Shown: positions 1-12,135, counted from the first letter of the stretch. The stretch: 64,000 bases of DNA from Armatimonadota bacterium (GCA_037444405.1 JBBIML010000008.1:142676-206675), one strand, 5' to 3'. Numbers and translations: made by a program. The notes: generated by a model not told the origin, from the letters alone.

Positions 1-1054
<1,054 letters not shown>

Positions 1055-1071
1055 CGGCAACCGCCTCCTCC

Positions 1072-1800
1072 TTATCGCCCGCCGCCCGATGGGGGTGTAG
1101 CGGGCGCAGGCTCGGTCGTCAGGCTGAAAGTCTGCTCGGTCACGGGCACATTCGGCGTCGGCTCGAATTCCATCACCATCACGAACTGCGCGGGCTGCTC
1201 CTCCAGCTTCACCTGCGTGACAATCTTGATGCGGCGCATCAACAGGGTGCTTTTGTCGATGACGAACTCCCACTCATTGATGCGCTCCTTTTCGCCGCGC
1301 ACGCGCCCGCCCAGCACGACCTGCTTCTCGTCTTCAGAGACCACGCGCAGGTTGGTAATCTCCTGCTTCATCTTCTCCCAGCTGCTTTTGCCGCCCAGCG
1401 CAAAGACGATATCGTAGGGTGTGAAGGCATCGAGGCTGGCTAACCCCTCCAGCAGGGCAAGTCCCGACCCCTGCACAGCGACGGTGCGCTCGCCGCTTTT
1501 GAGCGTCTTGCCGTCCGATATGAAGCGCGTGCCCTCCTCTCTGGAGAGCGCGTCTTTAATGAGGAGGTTGATTTGCGCAGGGGGTTGCAGAGTGTAGGCA
1601 TAGAGGAACTTCTGGATGGTCTCGCCCTGTGGGTTTCTGGGTGTGATGAGCTGGAGGGTGACGGTGGTTTTGCTCTGCAGGCTTTTGAGCGTGCCGTAGG
1701 TGTTGACGCTGCGCTCCAGCCACTCGTTCGCCTTGCTGTCTATCTGCGCCGACGCACCGATGCACAGCATCAGCAGTCCAATCGCCCCTATCACTCGCAT
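1072..1800 (-). CDS. Secreted protein, LolA-like/DUF2092-like fold
   Basis: Signal peptide [19 protein letters not shown], beta-rich body with ISDGKT and W.IDK.T.L motifs; TACACT box 10 nt upstream. Confidence 0.55.
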   Translation of the reverse strand: MRVIGAIGLLMLCIGASAQIDSKANEWLERSVNTYGTLKSLQSKTTVTLQLITPRNPQGETIQKFLYAYTLQPPAQINLLIKDALSREEGTRFISDGKTLKSGERTVAVQGSGLALLEGLASLDAFTPYDIVFALGGKSSWEKMKQEITNLRVVSEDEKQVVLGGRVRGEKERINEWEFVIDKSTLLMRRIKIVTQVKLEEQPAQFVMVMEFEPTPNVPVTEQTFSLTTEPAPATPPSGGGR

Positions 1801-1850
1801 AGCGGTTAAGAGTGTACCCGTATGGGTACACTTTAATGGAGGGAACAGCG

Positions 1851-3059
1851 ATGAACGCGAACTTTCAGCAGTGGCTCCAGCAGAGCATCGAGGAGCTGAA
1901 GGCACAGAATCTCTATAAGCAGCCGCCCGTGCTGGAGAGTCCGCAGGGCGGGCGCGTGAAAATCGGCGGGCGCTGGCTGATCAACCTCGCCTCCAACAAT
2001 TATCTGGGGCTGGCGAACGACCCGCGCGTGGTGCAGGCAGCCGTCGACGCTGCGCTCAAATGGGGCGCGGGCGCAGGCGCCGTGCGCTGGCTCGGTGGCA
2101 CCAACGAACTGCACGACCTGCTCGAACAGAAACTCGCCGAGTTCAAAAAGACCGAAGCCGTGCTGGTGTTCCAATCAGGGCACAACGCTAACTCCGGCAC
2201 CATCCCCGCCTGCTTCGGCGAGGGCGATGTGATTATCTCCGATGAACTGAACCACGCCAGCATCATCGACGGCGTGCGACTCAGCAACGCTAAATACAAA
2301 AAGAGTGAAGGCTATGTCTATCAGCACAAAGATATGAACCATCTGGAGGACATCCTCAAGCGGTGTAAGGAGTTCCGGAAGCGACTGATTGTGACCGATG
2401 GCGTGTTCAGCATGGATGGCGATATAGCGCCGCTGCCGGAGATTGTGGCGTTGGCGGAGAAGTACGACGCGGTGGTAATGGTGGACGATGCGCACGCTTC
2501 GGGCGTGCTGGGCGAGCATGGCAGCGGCACCACAAGCCATTTTGGGCTGTACGGGCGCGTGGACATCCAGCTGGGCACGCTCTCCAAAGCGCTGGGCGTG
2601 GTCGGGGGCTATATCGCGGGCAGTCGCCTGCTGAAAGAGTGGCTGATCAACCGTGCGCGTCCCTATCTGTTCAGCACGGCGCTGCCGCCCGCCGCCGTGG
2701 GCGCCCTGCTCAAGGCGATCGAGATTCTGATGACTGACCCGGAGCCGATGCGCCGCCTGTGGGATAATGCCCGCTACTGGAAGGAGAACCTCCAGCGGCT
2801 GGGCTTCGACACGATGGGTTCCGAGACGCCCATCACGCCCGTGTTCTGCGGCGAGGAGGCGATTGCCCAGCAGATGGAGGTTCGCCTGCGCGAGGAGGGC
2901 GTGTTCACACTGGGGATTGTGTACCCCACCGTGCCGCGGGGCAAGGCGCGCGTGCGCACCATGCCCAACGCCACCCATACCCGCGAGGACCTGGACGACG
3001 CGCTGAACGCCTTCGAGAAAGTCGGCAAAGCGCTGGGACTGATCAATCGCTGGGTGTGA
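1851..3059 (+). CDS. kbl: Glycine C-acetyltransferase / 8-amino-7-oxononanoate synthase family PLP enzyme
   Basis: [38 protein letters not shown] and VPRGKARVR motifs; GGAGG RBS before ATG 1851. Confidence 0.85.
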   Translation: MNANFQQWLQQSIEELKAQNLYKQPPVLESPQGGRVKIGGRWLINLASNNYLGLANDPRVVQAAVDAALKWGAGAGAVRWLGGTNELHDLLEQKLAEFKKTEAVLVFQSGHNANSGTIPACFGEGDVIISDELNHASIIDGVRLSNAKYKKSEGYVYQHKDMNHLEDILKRCKEFRKRLIVTDGVFSMDGDIAPLPEIVALAEKYDAVVMVDDAHASGVLGEHGSGTTSHFGLYGRVDIQLGTLSKALGVVGGYIAGSRLLKEWLINRARPYLFSTALPPAAVGALLKAIEILMTDPEPMRRLWDNARYWKENLQRLGFDTMGSETPITPVFCGEEAIAQQMEVRLREEGVFTLGIVYPTVPRGKARVRTMPNATHTREDLDDALNAFEKVGKALGLINRWV

Positions 3060-3748
3060 GTGCCAGCCATCCGCACGAAGTCGAGACACTCCTGAATAAC
3101 CTGCGCACGTACCGCATTGTCCACATGGTGGAACAGATGATCCATGGCGGTCAGCACACCGCCATCGGGAGCAATCAGATGTTCCTCGCTGGTGCGTCCC
3201 TCCACACCACCGAACGGTTTCAGCCCCCAGCAAATCTGCTCGATGTCGTCTTCTCGAAACGACTTCGGCAGCCGAATCGAGTCGCCCGTACGATAGCGTA
3301 CCAGAGGCATCGCCAGGTTCCACAGGGAGGTGCCCACGATTTCGTAGAGAATCTCATCGCCTGACTCTTCCACCGGGACGAGCTCCACGAGGGCATAGCC
3401 CGGCAGGCAGTAGTATTCGCCAGGCTGAAGGGCATAGGCGAAGGCAACGCGCTCTGCCTGACCATAGTAATCGACTCAGTATGCACCTAAGGTGTCGTTC
3501 AGTAGGCGCGCCAGCATAGGGCTGGGTTTCTCGGAAAAAGTAATGCAGTAGGGTATCGAGAGATGTGCCCCCTCCAGAAGTACAAGACGGCACAGCGATT
3601 CGACACAGGAAGGATAAGCCAGGAGGCACTGTGGTTGAAACTGCTGCAGCGCCTGCTGAAAATAGGGGAGCGTTTTGCGATTAAGGTGATTGGAAGAGAG
3701 CACCCGTCGCCGACCACCCATATCGTCTTGCCAGAAAGGCGGCTTCAT
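3060..3748 (-). pseudogene. Degraded CapK/phenylacetate-CoA ligase-like gene
   Basis: KPPFW..LSSNHL..AYPS, then an in-frame TGA at 3476-3478 (LGAY*VDYYGQAERVAFA), then GTSLWNLAMPLVRYRTGD and EGR. The N-terminal part is missing and the 3' end runs without a stop into the antisense of kbl. Confidence 0.75.
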
Positions 3749-3768
3749 GAGCGGTATAATCTTCAGCG

Positions 3769-4878
3769 ATGCGCGTTTTGATTATCGGACCTGGCACGGA
3801 TGTGCGCGGCGGAGTGGCGAGTGTGATTCGCCTGATGCTTAAGTACCCTCCAAAGGGGGTTCAACTGCTCATGCAGCCGACTTTGCGCTCTGCCGGCGCC
3901 GCCTCCCACCTCCCCCGATGGCATCCCCTCTACTATCTTAAAGTGACTAACAACCTGACATTTTTCCTGCGCGCGCTGAGTGCGATTCAAAGCGTTGCAG
4001 CAACGGTCGACTTAGCGCATGTGCATGTATCGAGTTATGGGAGTACTTTTCGTAAATATTTTATATCTAAAAAGTTAGTTGAAAATAATATACCTTTTAT
4101 TTTGCATAATCATGGTGGCAGGTATGCTCGTTTTTACAGTCGCTTGCCGGAAATGCTGAAGAGGCGGATTATCCAGATGTTCCGCTGGGCGAAGGGAGCG
4201 ATAGTGCTGTCTCAACAATCGCATCAGTTCCACCGCCAGATAGTAGGTGATCCAGGCTATCCTATCTGGATTGTGCCGAATCCTATTGAAAGGCCGTCCG
4301 TACTTTCCCTGCCCCCACCGCCACCCCCGTTGCGTTTGCTCTTTCTGGGGCGCCTTGATTCGAACAAGGGCGCCGACAGAGCTCTTCAAGCGCTGGCTCT
4401 GCTACCAGCGGACGTGCGCTCGCAGGTGCGCCTCTACATGGCAGGCGATGGTGCCGTGGAAGCGATGCAGGATTTGGCGCGCCAGCTGGGAATCTCGGAA
4501 CAGGTCGAGATACGCTCCTGGATCGAGGGCGATGAGAAGGAGCGCTGGTTGCGCGAGAGTCATGTTTTTACTTTACCGTCACGGGCGGAAGGATTACCGA
4601 TGGCAATGTTAGAGGCAATGGCATATGGGAAGGCGGTGATTGCCAGTTCTGTGGGCGGGATCCCTGAATGGCTCACGGAAGGGCAGGAAGGATTTCTGGT
4701 GTCGCCAGATGATATACCGGCGCTCAGTGAGGCGATACAACGGTTGGTTGAAGCGCCCGAGCTCTGTCGCCAGATGGGGTTACGCGCGCACCAGCGTGTG
4801 GAACCGCTCTCGGTGGAGAACTATTGCCAGCAGCTTCGGGACATCTACGAACAGGTGTTGGTGGGCACGAGCAGGTAA
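3769..4878 (+). CDS. Glycosyltransferase family 4
   Basis: FLGRL..NKG and PSRAEGLPMAMLEAMAYG..VGGIPE motifs. Confidence 0.92.
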   Translation: MRVLIIGPGTDVRGGVASVIRLMLKYPPKGVQLLMQPTLRSAGAASHLPRWHPLYYLKVTNNLTFFLRALSAIQSVAATVDLAHVHVSSYGSTFRKYFISKKLVENNIPFILHNHGGRYARFYSRLPEMLKRRIIQMFRWAKGAIVLSQQSHQFHRQIVGDPGYPIWIVPNPIERPSVLSLPPPPPPLRLLFLGRLDSNKGADRALQALALLPADVRSQVRLYMAGDGAVEAMQDLARQLGISEQVEIRSWIEGDEKERWLRESHVFTLPSRAEGLPMAMLEAMAYGKAVIASSVGGIPEWLTEGQEGFLVSPDDIPALSEAIQRLVEAPELCRQMGLRAHQRVEPLSVENYCQQLRDIYEQVLVGTSR

Positions 4879-4935
4879 AATAAGTGGCATCGCGCCGGGC
4901 AATTGATGGAACGAACGAAACGGAGGTCAAACGGT

Positions 4936-6993
4936 ATGCTACGGCACTGGTTCGTTGGAGCTTTGGGAGTCGTTTTGTGGAGCGGACTGTGGGCGCAACA
5001 GAGCGCTCCAATCAACTTTATTGCCAGGGCGACTGCGTGCGAGCTGGATGCCAATAAAGATGGGCGCTGCGACTACTGGTACGCAAGTTTCTATGAGGGG
5101 GTCTCCAGTGACCATGTCCAGCTGAGTTTAGACAATGTTGTTCGATTCAGTGGGACTGCCAGTCAGAAAATCCGTCTGCAGCGAAATAGCGGGAATGCAG
5201 GATTTTTTGTAATCTTTACTTCGGTGAACTTTAATTCACCCTTCAAGCCTCAGGTCGGCGAGGCGCTTTTGACGAAAGTCGCAATTCGTGCCGAAGGGTT
5301 TCAGAACGCTACCTACCAGGTATACATCACCACAGGATCGCGCCGCATTCATCTGCTTCCAGAGACCAGCCAGGATACGGGCGGCTGGCAGCAGCTATCC
5401 GCAGCAGCGCCTGTTGAACTGGATCAAGATGGGGCTCCCTATTTCTCTCTGGTAGTGGAATTTCGTGTGCAGGATGGCGCGGCAAGCGGCACATTCTGGA
5501 TTGACGAGGCGTACATGCTTTCCGCTCGGACAGTTCAACGAGCTAATCAGCTGCCGAACGGGCTAAAACTCTGCTTCTCCTTCCTGTATCGAGAACAAGA
5601 TCCCTACGCATATTTGAACAATCTCCTGTTCAAGGTTGTTATGGGTGCCAACCAGATGGGCCAGGTGCTTCAGCGCCTCTACCCCGACACAGTGTGGATG
5701 CCGTACTGCTACTTTTCAGGCACCCTGGTGCCGCCAATTTATCGATACAACTCAGACCTTTACAATTATGATGATGTTCTCCAGAACCATCCTGACTGGT
5801 TTTTGCTGGACCAGGACGGACAGCGTATCCCTTACGGTGAGGCCTACTACATCGATGTTGGGCGCCAGGATGTACGCGAGCGTGCATGGCAGAGCCTGCG
5901 CGACTTTTTGAATCGATGCGGACGCCCGCGCTATGTCTATCTGGATAATGTAGATATGCGAGTGGGTCCAGATCGCTTCAATCCGCCGAATTACCCTACG
6001 AATGAGGCATGGGTGAACGCAGTTGTCGGGTGGTTCGAATATGTAGGCAGTCGCGTAAGACAGGAGTTCGGCACGACTTTCGTTCCGAATGCCGCCTGGT
6101 CGCCTGCATTCTGGTTGCGCGGCATTCCGGGCGTCTCACAGGACGCGCCTGGCGTCGCCACCCTGCCCTACATAGGCGGTTTTCTCATCGAACACGCCTT
6201 CACGCACGCGCGGTCGAATGGTCAAACCACGATCAGCAACTACGGTACCGCTACGGGTACCAATGGACCGCAGCGCTGGGATAACTGGGCGCTACGGAAC
6301 GCAATTCGCCTCGCCACAGAGTATCCAGAGAAGATTGTCATTTTGATGCCTACATTCTGGACGAACGCGCCCGACAGCCGTCAGAAAATTCGATTTGCAA
6401 TCGCGATGTGCCTGATTGTTCAACATGAGAACACCTATATCCAGTTAGACCCGCGCTATCAGCAAGAAGAGTATCGTACAGGTTATTTTCCGCCCGAGCT
6501 GTTTATTCCGCTCGGCAATCCCACTGGCAACTTCCGCATTCAGGACGGCGATATTATCGTTGGGGGGTTGTTCATTCGTGAATATCAGAACGGGATTGTG
6601 CTGGCAAATCCGCGCTCGGACCGCGACTTCACTTTCGTAGTACCACGCGACCTTTATGACTGGGATCGCAACCTCATTCGGGCAGGAAACCAGATAACCA
6701 TTCCTCGCCAGACGGGGCTGGTACTGTGGTCAGCGCCAGAGATTACGGTCTCGCTTTCTCCGGAAGCGACCGAAGTGCTACCCGGAGCAACTGTTCAGTT
6801 CACGGTGACCTATCGCAACACAGGCACAGCGCCGGGCACGAATGTGCGCATCGCTGTGCCGCTGCCTGATGGGATGACGCTGGTCAGCAGCGACCCGCCA
6901 GCCCAGCTGGAGAACCGCACGATAGTGTGGACTGTACCCAGCATTCCCGTTAATGGCACGGGTAGCCTGCGGTTCACTGTGCGCGTGCAGTGA
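4936..6993 (+). CDS. Secreted protein: CBM-like N-terminus, putative glycoside hydrolase (GHL15-like) domain, C-terminal DUF11 domain
   Basis: GGAGG RBS and signal peptide; HPDWFLLD..G.RI, YLDN, PLGNP and REYQNGIVLANP; ends with VQFTVTYRNTG..PLPDGMTLVS..WTV..L.FTVRV. Confidence 0.6.
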   Translation: MLRHWFVGALGVVLWSGLWAQQSAPINFIARATACELDANKDGRCDYWYASFYEGVSSDHVQLSLDNVVRFSGTASQKIRLQRNSGNAGFFVIFTSVNFNSPFKPQVGEALLTKVAIRAEGFQNATYQVYITTGSRRIHLLPETSQDTGGWQQLSAAAPVELDQDGAPYFSLVVEFRVQDGAASGTFWIDEAYMLSARTVQRANQLPNGLKLCFSFLYREQDPYAYLNNLLFKVVMGANQMGQVLQRLYPDTVWMPYCYFSGTLVPPIYRYNSDLYNYDDVLQNHPDWFLLDQDGQRIPYGEAYYIDVGRQDVRERAWQSLRDFLNRCGRPRYVYLDNVDMRVGPDRFNPPNYPTNEAWVNAVVGWFEYVGSRVRQEFGTTFVPNAAWSPAFWLRGIPGVSQDAPGVATLPYIGGFLIEHAFTHARSNGQTTISNYGTATGTNGPQRWDNWALRNAIRLATEYPEKIVILMPTFWTNAPDSRQKIRFAIAMCLIVQHENTYIQLDPRYQQEEYRTGYFPPELFIPLGNPTGNFRIQDGDIIVGGLFIREYQNGIVLANPRSDRDFTFVVPRDLYDWDRNLIRAGNQITIPRQTGLVLWSAPEITVSLSPEATEVLPGATVQFTVTYRNTGTAPGTNVRIAVPLPDGMTLVSSDPPAQLENRTIVWTVPSIPVNGTGSLRFTVRVQ

Positions 6994-8132
6994 TGGCTCA
7001 AATTGCACTCTTTGTGCCCAGTTTTGAGGCAGGTGGCGCCGAACGGGTGATGATTACGCTGGCGAACGCCTTTCACCAGCGTGGCATCGGAACCCGTGTT
7101 ATCACAACGAAGGTGATAGAGGGCGAATACGCGAACCTGCTTCATCGGGATATGACTGTCGTTCGTCTCCGTTCAGGCACGATGTGGCGCACTGTGATAC
7201 CGCTGGCACGCTATCTCCGGCACGATCCACCCCAGGCTCTTCTCTCGACGCTGGGTGAAGCTAATATTGTCGCGGCATTAGCCCGATGGTTATCGCGTCG
7301 CCCAATACGGCTGGTGGTGCGCGAAGCCAACACACCGACAACAGCCTTCTTGCGGAACCCCTCATGGAAAAAACGGCTGACGGGGCGGCTCATCCCCTTG
7401 TTCTATCCACTGGCGGACGCGATTGTTGCCGTCTCCACTGGAGTTCAACACGACCTTGCACGCCTGCTGCCGCGCGCTCCAACCAAAATCCATGTAATCT
7501 ACAATCCTGTGATTACCCCTGACTTACACCAGCTGTGCCAGATGCCCGTGGAACACCCCTGGTTTCTGGATAGAAGCATCCCTGTGATATTGAGTGTTGG
7601 GCGGCTCTCACCACAGAAAGATTTCCCCATTCTACTTCAGGCGTTCGCTCGCGTCCGCCGTCAGGTGCCCACCCGACTGGTTATTCTCGGCGAAGGGGAA
7701 CTGCGCCCCCAACTGGAACAGATGGCTGCCGAACTGGGCATCCAGAGCGATTTTGACCTGCCAGGTTTTGATCCCAATCCGTTCCGCTATATGAGTCGCG
7801 CCAGCGTCTTCGTGCTGTCGTCGCGCTATGAGGGATTGCCTAATGCGTTGATTCAGGCGATGGCATGTGGTTGCCCGGTGGTCAGCACCGATTGCGCCAG
7901 TGGACCTGCGGACATACTGGATGGTGGCAAATATGGGGAGCTGGTGCCCGTTGGTGATGCGGACGCGCTGGCGAACGCCATCCTGCGCGTGTTGCAGGGC
8001 AAGCGTAAAACCGTGCCCCCCGAATGGCTCCAGCAGTTCGATGTCGACCGCGTGGTCGACCAGTATCTTCAAATACTAATGCCTGCCCATGCCGGTTCAC
8101 AGAGTGAACCGTGGGCACGCAGAAGGGTATAA
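6993..8132 (+). CDS. Glycosyltransferase family 4
   Basis: GGAERV, IYNPV, VGRLSPQKD and SSRYEGLPNALIQAMACG..TDC.SGP motifs; TGATG overlap with the upstream gene. Confidence 0.92.
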   Translation: MAQIALFVPSFEAGGAERVMITLANAFHQRGIGTRVITTKVIEGEYANLLHRDMTVVRLRSGTMWRTVIPLARYLRHDPPQALLSTLGEANIVAALARWLSRRPIRLVVREANTPTTAFLRNPSWKKRLTGRLIPLFYPLADAIVAVSTGVQHDLARLLPRAPTKIHVIYNPVITPDLHQLCQMPVEHPWFLDRSIPVILSVGRLSPQKDFPILLQAFARVRRQVPTRLVILGEGELRPQLEQMAAELGIQSDFDLPGFDPNPFRYMSRASVFVLSSRYEGLPNALIQAMACGCPVVSTDCASGPADILDGGKYGELVPVGDADALANAILRVLQGKRKTVPPEWLQQFDVDRVVDQYLQILMPAHAGSQSEPWARRRV

Positions 8133-8294
8133 TGAAGGATGATGGATCACCTGTCGGAGCCACAGAATTCAGGTCGAGCGGATGCGGCGACGGTCGCGAT
8201 TTATCGAACACCTCATTCGCTGCGCTATCCCTCAATCGCGCTATCTCAAACTATCCTGCCTGGAACCGACGCCATCACACCCAGCAACAGCGCT

Positions 8295-8999
8295 CTAACT
8301 CGTAGAGTGCTGGACAGCGGTGCGAGGCTTGCATGCAATGATCGATTTTGGCAACCCATACCAGCGTTCAATCAAAATTTGAGCATCCGGGAAGAGGCAG
8401 CGCATCTGGCGCGGCGTTAGCAGATGCCAGTCGGGGTCCGTATGCTTGATCCAGAACCGATTGAAAAACTGAATGAGTTTGATTTGCAAGGGGCGTGGCA
8501 AAAAGATGGCAGGCATCGGGAGCCAGGTGTGCGACTCCAGCAAAAAATACTTGTGCGGCGTCTGAACAAAATAGTGTTTCGCCAGTCGCCGAATTTCCTG
8601 GGCAAATCGCTGCTGGCTTTCAAAAGCGCGCCGGGCAAACTCGTGCCCACTGCGACAGAGATAAATCTCCGCCTTTGGAATAGTTACATGCTCAATCACG
8701 GAGGAACAGAAAACGATGTCGAAGTACTGGTCAGGGAACAGGAGCTGACCGCTTTCCGAGATCAGCACGGTCTGGAAGCCGAACCGCTCCTCGGCTTGCT
8801 TCAGGGCTTTCGTATCGATGTCGGCAATGGTCACATTTTTGCGGAAGGGGAGAATGGAGGCGATATGGGAACCATCGCCACCGCCCAGGTCCAGAATCTT
8901 GTCGTTCTCGGTCGGCTGCAGCAGCTTGCGGAACAGCTCGCCGCGGCGCGCCCGCGCCCTTTGCGATTGACGCAGAACCGCCTGTTTGAGCCATTGCAT
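8295..8999 (-). CDS. Class I SAM-dependent methyltransferase
   Basis: ILDLGGGDG, FDIVFCSSVIEHV and FVQTP motifs. Confidence 0.85.
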   Translation of the reverse strand: MQWLKQAVLRQSQRARARRGELFRKLLQPTENDKILDLGGGDGSHIASILPFRKNVTIADIDTKALKQAEERFGFQTVLISESGQLLFPDQYFDIVFCSSVIEHVTIPKAEIYLCRSGHEFARRAFESQQRFAQEIRRLAKHYFVQTPHKYFLLESHTWLPMPAIFLPRPLQIKLIQFFNRFWIKHTDPDWHLLTPRQMRCLFPDAQILIERWYGLPKSIIACKPRTAVQHSTS

Positions 9000-9016
9000 G
9001 GCTTTGATTGTACCTC

Positions 9017-10030
9017 TTAGCCCCGTCGGTAAGCCACGATTCGAAAGCCGCGCGCCCAGCGAAGGGTGAGCGGCGTGAGTTTCATTCCTATCCAGTTCGC
9101 CATCCGCACCAGCGGGTTGCCACCCGCCCCACCAAAGTAGGCATAGGCGCGTGCCCGAAACCCGAACGACTCAATATCGCGTGCCAGCTGCAGGGGGTGA
9201 AAGAGGCGCTCCATCACCGCCCCGCTTTGCGGATTGACCGGGCAGGTGCCCGGCTGATAGAAGGAGCTGGGCAATTCGCCAGTGGCAAGGTAGCGTTCCA
9301 CCGCCTGCAGAATCTCTTCGCGGGTGAGATAACTGGTGCGTCGCGCCAGCTCCTGAACCTGCTCCGGCTCTAAATCGGGATACGCCTGCTGGATGATCTC
9401 TGTCCGCATCGCCACATAGGGCACTTTCATCTGATGACCCTCTACTTCACCTGGGGGACCGTTCTCAAAGCGCGCCCAGAGCTGATGGGTGTGGCGGGTG
9501 ATACGGGGGTTCGCGCCGTTGTTCCCGTCGGCAATCAGCAGCACACCGCCTGGCTTGAGAACACGCGCCGCCTCGCGCAGGAACGCTTCCACATCAGCAT
9601 AGTGCGAGATAGCCTCATTGGACAGCACCAGATCAAAGTAGCCATCAGGAAAGCCCGTGCAATTAACGGAGGCGAGCTTTGCCTGCACCGCGTTCAGCTG
9701 GAAATCCTCAATCATCTTCTGAAAGGTGGTCAGGCGGCTTTCCATGATGTCGATGCCGTGAATCTCACGCGCGCCCATCAGATGCAGGATGATGGCGAGC
9801 GCCCCGAAGCCGCAACCGGCGTCCAGAACCACTTTATCGGCGGGATCGAACCGCGCCAGGCGACACAGATCATACACAAAGCGGGTACGGGTCGCGCTAC
9901 CCGTGGGCGTCCGCAGATGACCATAATACCGCCACAGCTCCGCATCGTACCGCTCGCGATTGCGTTCGTTGAGAGCCTCCGCATAAATCGCCTGTAAGCG
10001 TGATTGCACTTCTTTGAAATCTACGCGCAT
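9017..10030 (-). CDS. Class I SAM-dependent methyltransferase
   Basis: VLDAGCGFG, FDLVLSNEAISH and RVLKPGG motifs. Confidence 0.85.
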   Translation of the reverse strand: MRVDFKEVQSRLQAIYAEALNERNRERYDAELWRYYGHLRTPTGSATRTRFVYDLCRLARFDPADKVVLDAGCGFGALAIILHLMGAREIHGIDIMESRLTTFQKMIEDFQLNAVQAKLASVNCTGFPDGYFDLVLSNEAISHYADVEAFLREAARVLKPGGVLLIADGNNGANPRITRHTHQLWARFENGPPGEVEGHQMKVPYVAMRTEIIQQAYPDLEPEQVQELARRTSYLTREEILQAVERYLATGELPSSFYQPGTCPVNPQSGAVMERLFHPLQLARDIESFGFRARAYAYFGGAGGNPLVRMANWIGMKLTPLTLRWARGFRIVAYRRG

Positions 10031-10132
10031 CGTCTTATCCTCCAGGGTTTGGGACTGCCTTTTTGTTTCGCTCTATTGGGTGAATCTCCTGCATCCCTTT
10101 CACCGAGTTGTCTCGGGTACAATCCCTTTCCG

Positions 10133-12064
10133 ATGAGCAACTGGCGGTGGAAGGTGAGGCGGCTGCGGGCGATGAGCCTCGATGAAATTGCAACGCGCGC
10201 CTACCGCACCCTGCAGGAGCGCTTCACGCCCCTGCCCAAAGAGCCACCCGAAGCGACCTGGCAGCGCTACGGCTTCGACACGCATCCGTGGCTGGAGATG
10301 CTGGCGAGTCGGCTGCCCCTGCACCCCAACGCCGTCTCTCATCACGAGTGTGAGCGACTGATTGCCGAAGCGGATGCCCTTCTGCAGGGCAGATGGACGC
10401 TCTTCGGCTACCCCGTGCAGTTAGACGACCCACCGCGCTGGAACCGCAACTATCTGCTGGGCAAGGACTGGATAGAAGCCCCCGCGAAGCATATCGATTA
10501 CCGCCGAATCGATATCGCCGGCGGTGTGAAGTATGTGTGGGAGCTGTCGCGCCATCAACCTCTGCTGCGGCTGGCGCAGGCGTATGCCCTCACAGGCGAC
10601 CCGCGCTACGCCGAGAAGTGCCTCGCGTGGTGGCTGGACTGGATTGAGCGCAACCCGCGCGGCTGGGGTATCCACTGGACGAGCGCGCTGGAGCATGCAA
10701 TTCGCGCGCTGGCCTGGCTCCACTGCCTGCGCCTGTTGAGGGATTACCCCCCGCTGAAATCAGCTCTCCCCCAACTGGGTGGTGCGCTGATTCAGCACGG
10801 CGAGTTTATAGAGCGCCATCTGTCGCCTGGTTCGTCGGCGAATAACCATCTGATTGGCGAGGTCGCAGCGCTGGCGGTGCTGGGGAGCCTGCTGCCAGAG
10901 AGTCGGCTTTCACAGTGCTGGCAATCGGTCGGCTATCGCACGCTGGAGCGCGAGGCGTTGCGCCAGTTCTATCCCGATGGGGTCAATGCCGAGCAGGCGT
11001 TCGGCTATCTGCCGTTTGTGTGGGAGTTCTATCTGCACGCCTATCGGCTGTGTCCGATGCCTGAGTCGGTGCGGCAGCGACTGCGGCACAGTATCGAGTT
11101 CGTGCGGAACGTGATGGACGCTTCAGGCTATGTGCCGCAGGTCGGCGACGAGGACGACGGCGCGGTTGTGCCTCTCTGGAGCGGTGGGGCGAATCGATAC
11201 TGTGTAGTGGGGCGGACGCTGGCGGTTTTGCTTGGTTGCGAGCCGCCCCCTGCTTATAGCGAAGCCGACGACTCGCTGGCGTGCTGGCTGTTTGGCTCGC
11301 CTGCGCCCGCAGGTTCGCGCCTGACCGAATCGCGTGTCTATCCTGATGGCGGCTATGTGGTGTTGCACAGCCCACGCTGGCAGGTGCTGTTCGACGCGGG
11401 TCCGCTGGGGCTGGGCAGTCTGGCGGCGCACGGGCACGCCGACGCGCTGTCGGTATGGGCATCACTGGATGGCAAGCCGCTGCTCATCGACACGGGCACC
11501 TGCGCCTATCACGAGGAACCAGCATGGCGCGACCATTTTCGGGGCACGGCGGCGCACAACACCGTGCAGATGGATACTCGCAACCAGTCAGAGATTCTGG
11601 GTCCGTTTCTGTGGGGGCGCAAGGCAGACGCTTACTTCGAACGCCTTGATCTGGAAGCGGGTGCTGTCGAGGGAACTCATGAAGGCTATGCCCCCAACTT
11701 TCACACACGCGCGGTAAGCGTGCAGGGGAAGGTAATGGAAGTGCATGATACTTTCATGCTGGACATGGGTGCCTGGATCACCTGGCACTGGCACTTCCAT
11801 CCGTGCTGGACGGTTCAGCCTGCAGAAAGTGGCTGGCTGATTTCGGATGGCGAGATGGAGTGCCGGCTCACAGTGGAGGGGCTACCTGCTAACGCTGAGG
11901 TTGCCGTTGTTCGCGGGGAGGGCGATTCGCCTGGTTTGGGCTGGTATTCACCGCGCTTCGGGCATCGCGTGCCCTGCACCACTGTGCGCGTCTGTTGCCT
12001 CATGGAAGCCGCCGCGCCTCATAAGCCACGAATTAGCTGGAGATTTGAAACACGCCAGCATTAG
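10133..12064 (+). CDS. Heparinase II/III family protein
   Basis: KYVWELSRHQ, SANNHLIGE, AAHGHADALS, DTGT..Y and FRGTAAHNT motifs; TACAAT box 9 nt before ATG 10133. Confidence 0.88.
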   Translation: MSNWRWKVRRLRAMSLDEIATRAYRTLQERFTPLPKEPPEATWQRYGFDTHPWLEMLASRLPLHPNAVSHHECERLIAEADALLQGRWTLFGYPVQLDDPPRWNRNYLLGKDWIEAPAKHIDYRRIDIAGGVKYVWELSRHQPLLRLAQAYALTGDPRYAEKCLAWWLDWIERNPRGWGIHWTSALEHAIRALAWLHCLRLLRDYPPLKSALPQLGGALIQHGEFIERHLSPGSSANNHLIGEVAALAVLGSLLPESRLSQCWQSVGYRTLEREALRQFYPDGVNAEQAFGYLPFVWEFYLHAYRLCPMPESVRQRLRHSIEFVRNVMDASGYVPQVGDEDDGAVVPLWSGGANRYCVVGRTLAVLLGCEPPPAYSEADDSLACWLFGSPAPAGSRLTESRVYPDGGYVVLHSPRWQVLFDAGPLGLGSLAAHGHADALSVWASLDGKPLLIDTGTCAYHEEPAWRDHFRGTAAHNTVQMDTRNQSEILGPFLWGRKADAYFERLDLEAGAVEGTHEGYAPNFHTRAVSVQGKVMEVHDTFMLDMGAWITWHWHFHPCWTVQPAESGWLISDGEMECRLTVEGLPANAEVAVVRGEGDSPGLGWYSPRFGHRVPCTTVRVCCLMEAAAPHKPRISWRFETRQH

Positions 12065-12135
12065 TCGCTCCGGGATCGCTTCTCGATCACGAGGATATAG
12101 TCAGTGCGCTCGCAATAGCGGAAGTGCTGGCGCGG

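Noticed and set aside
8200-8230. TPHSLRY resembling the tyrosine recombinase HxLR box
   Set aside because: No other integrase motifs; likely chance.
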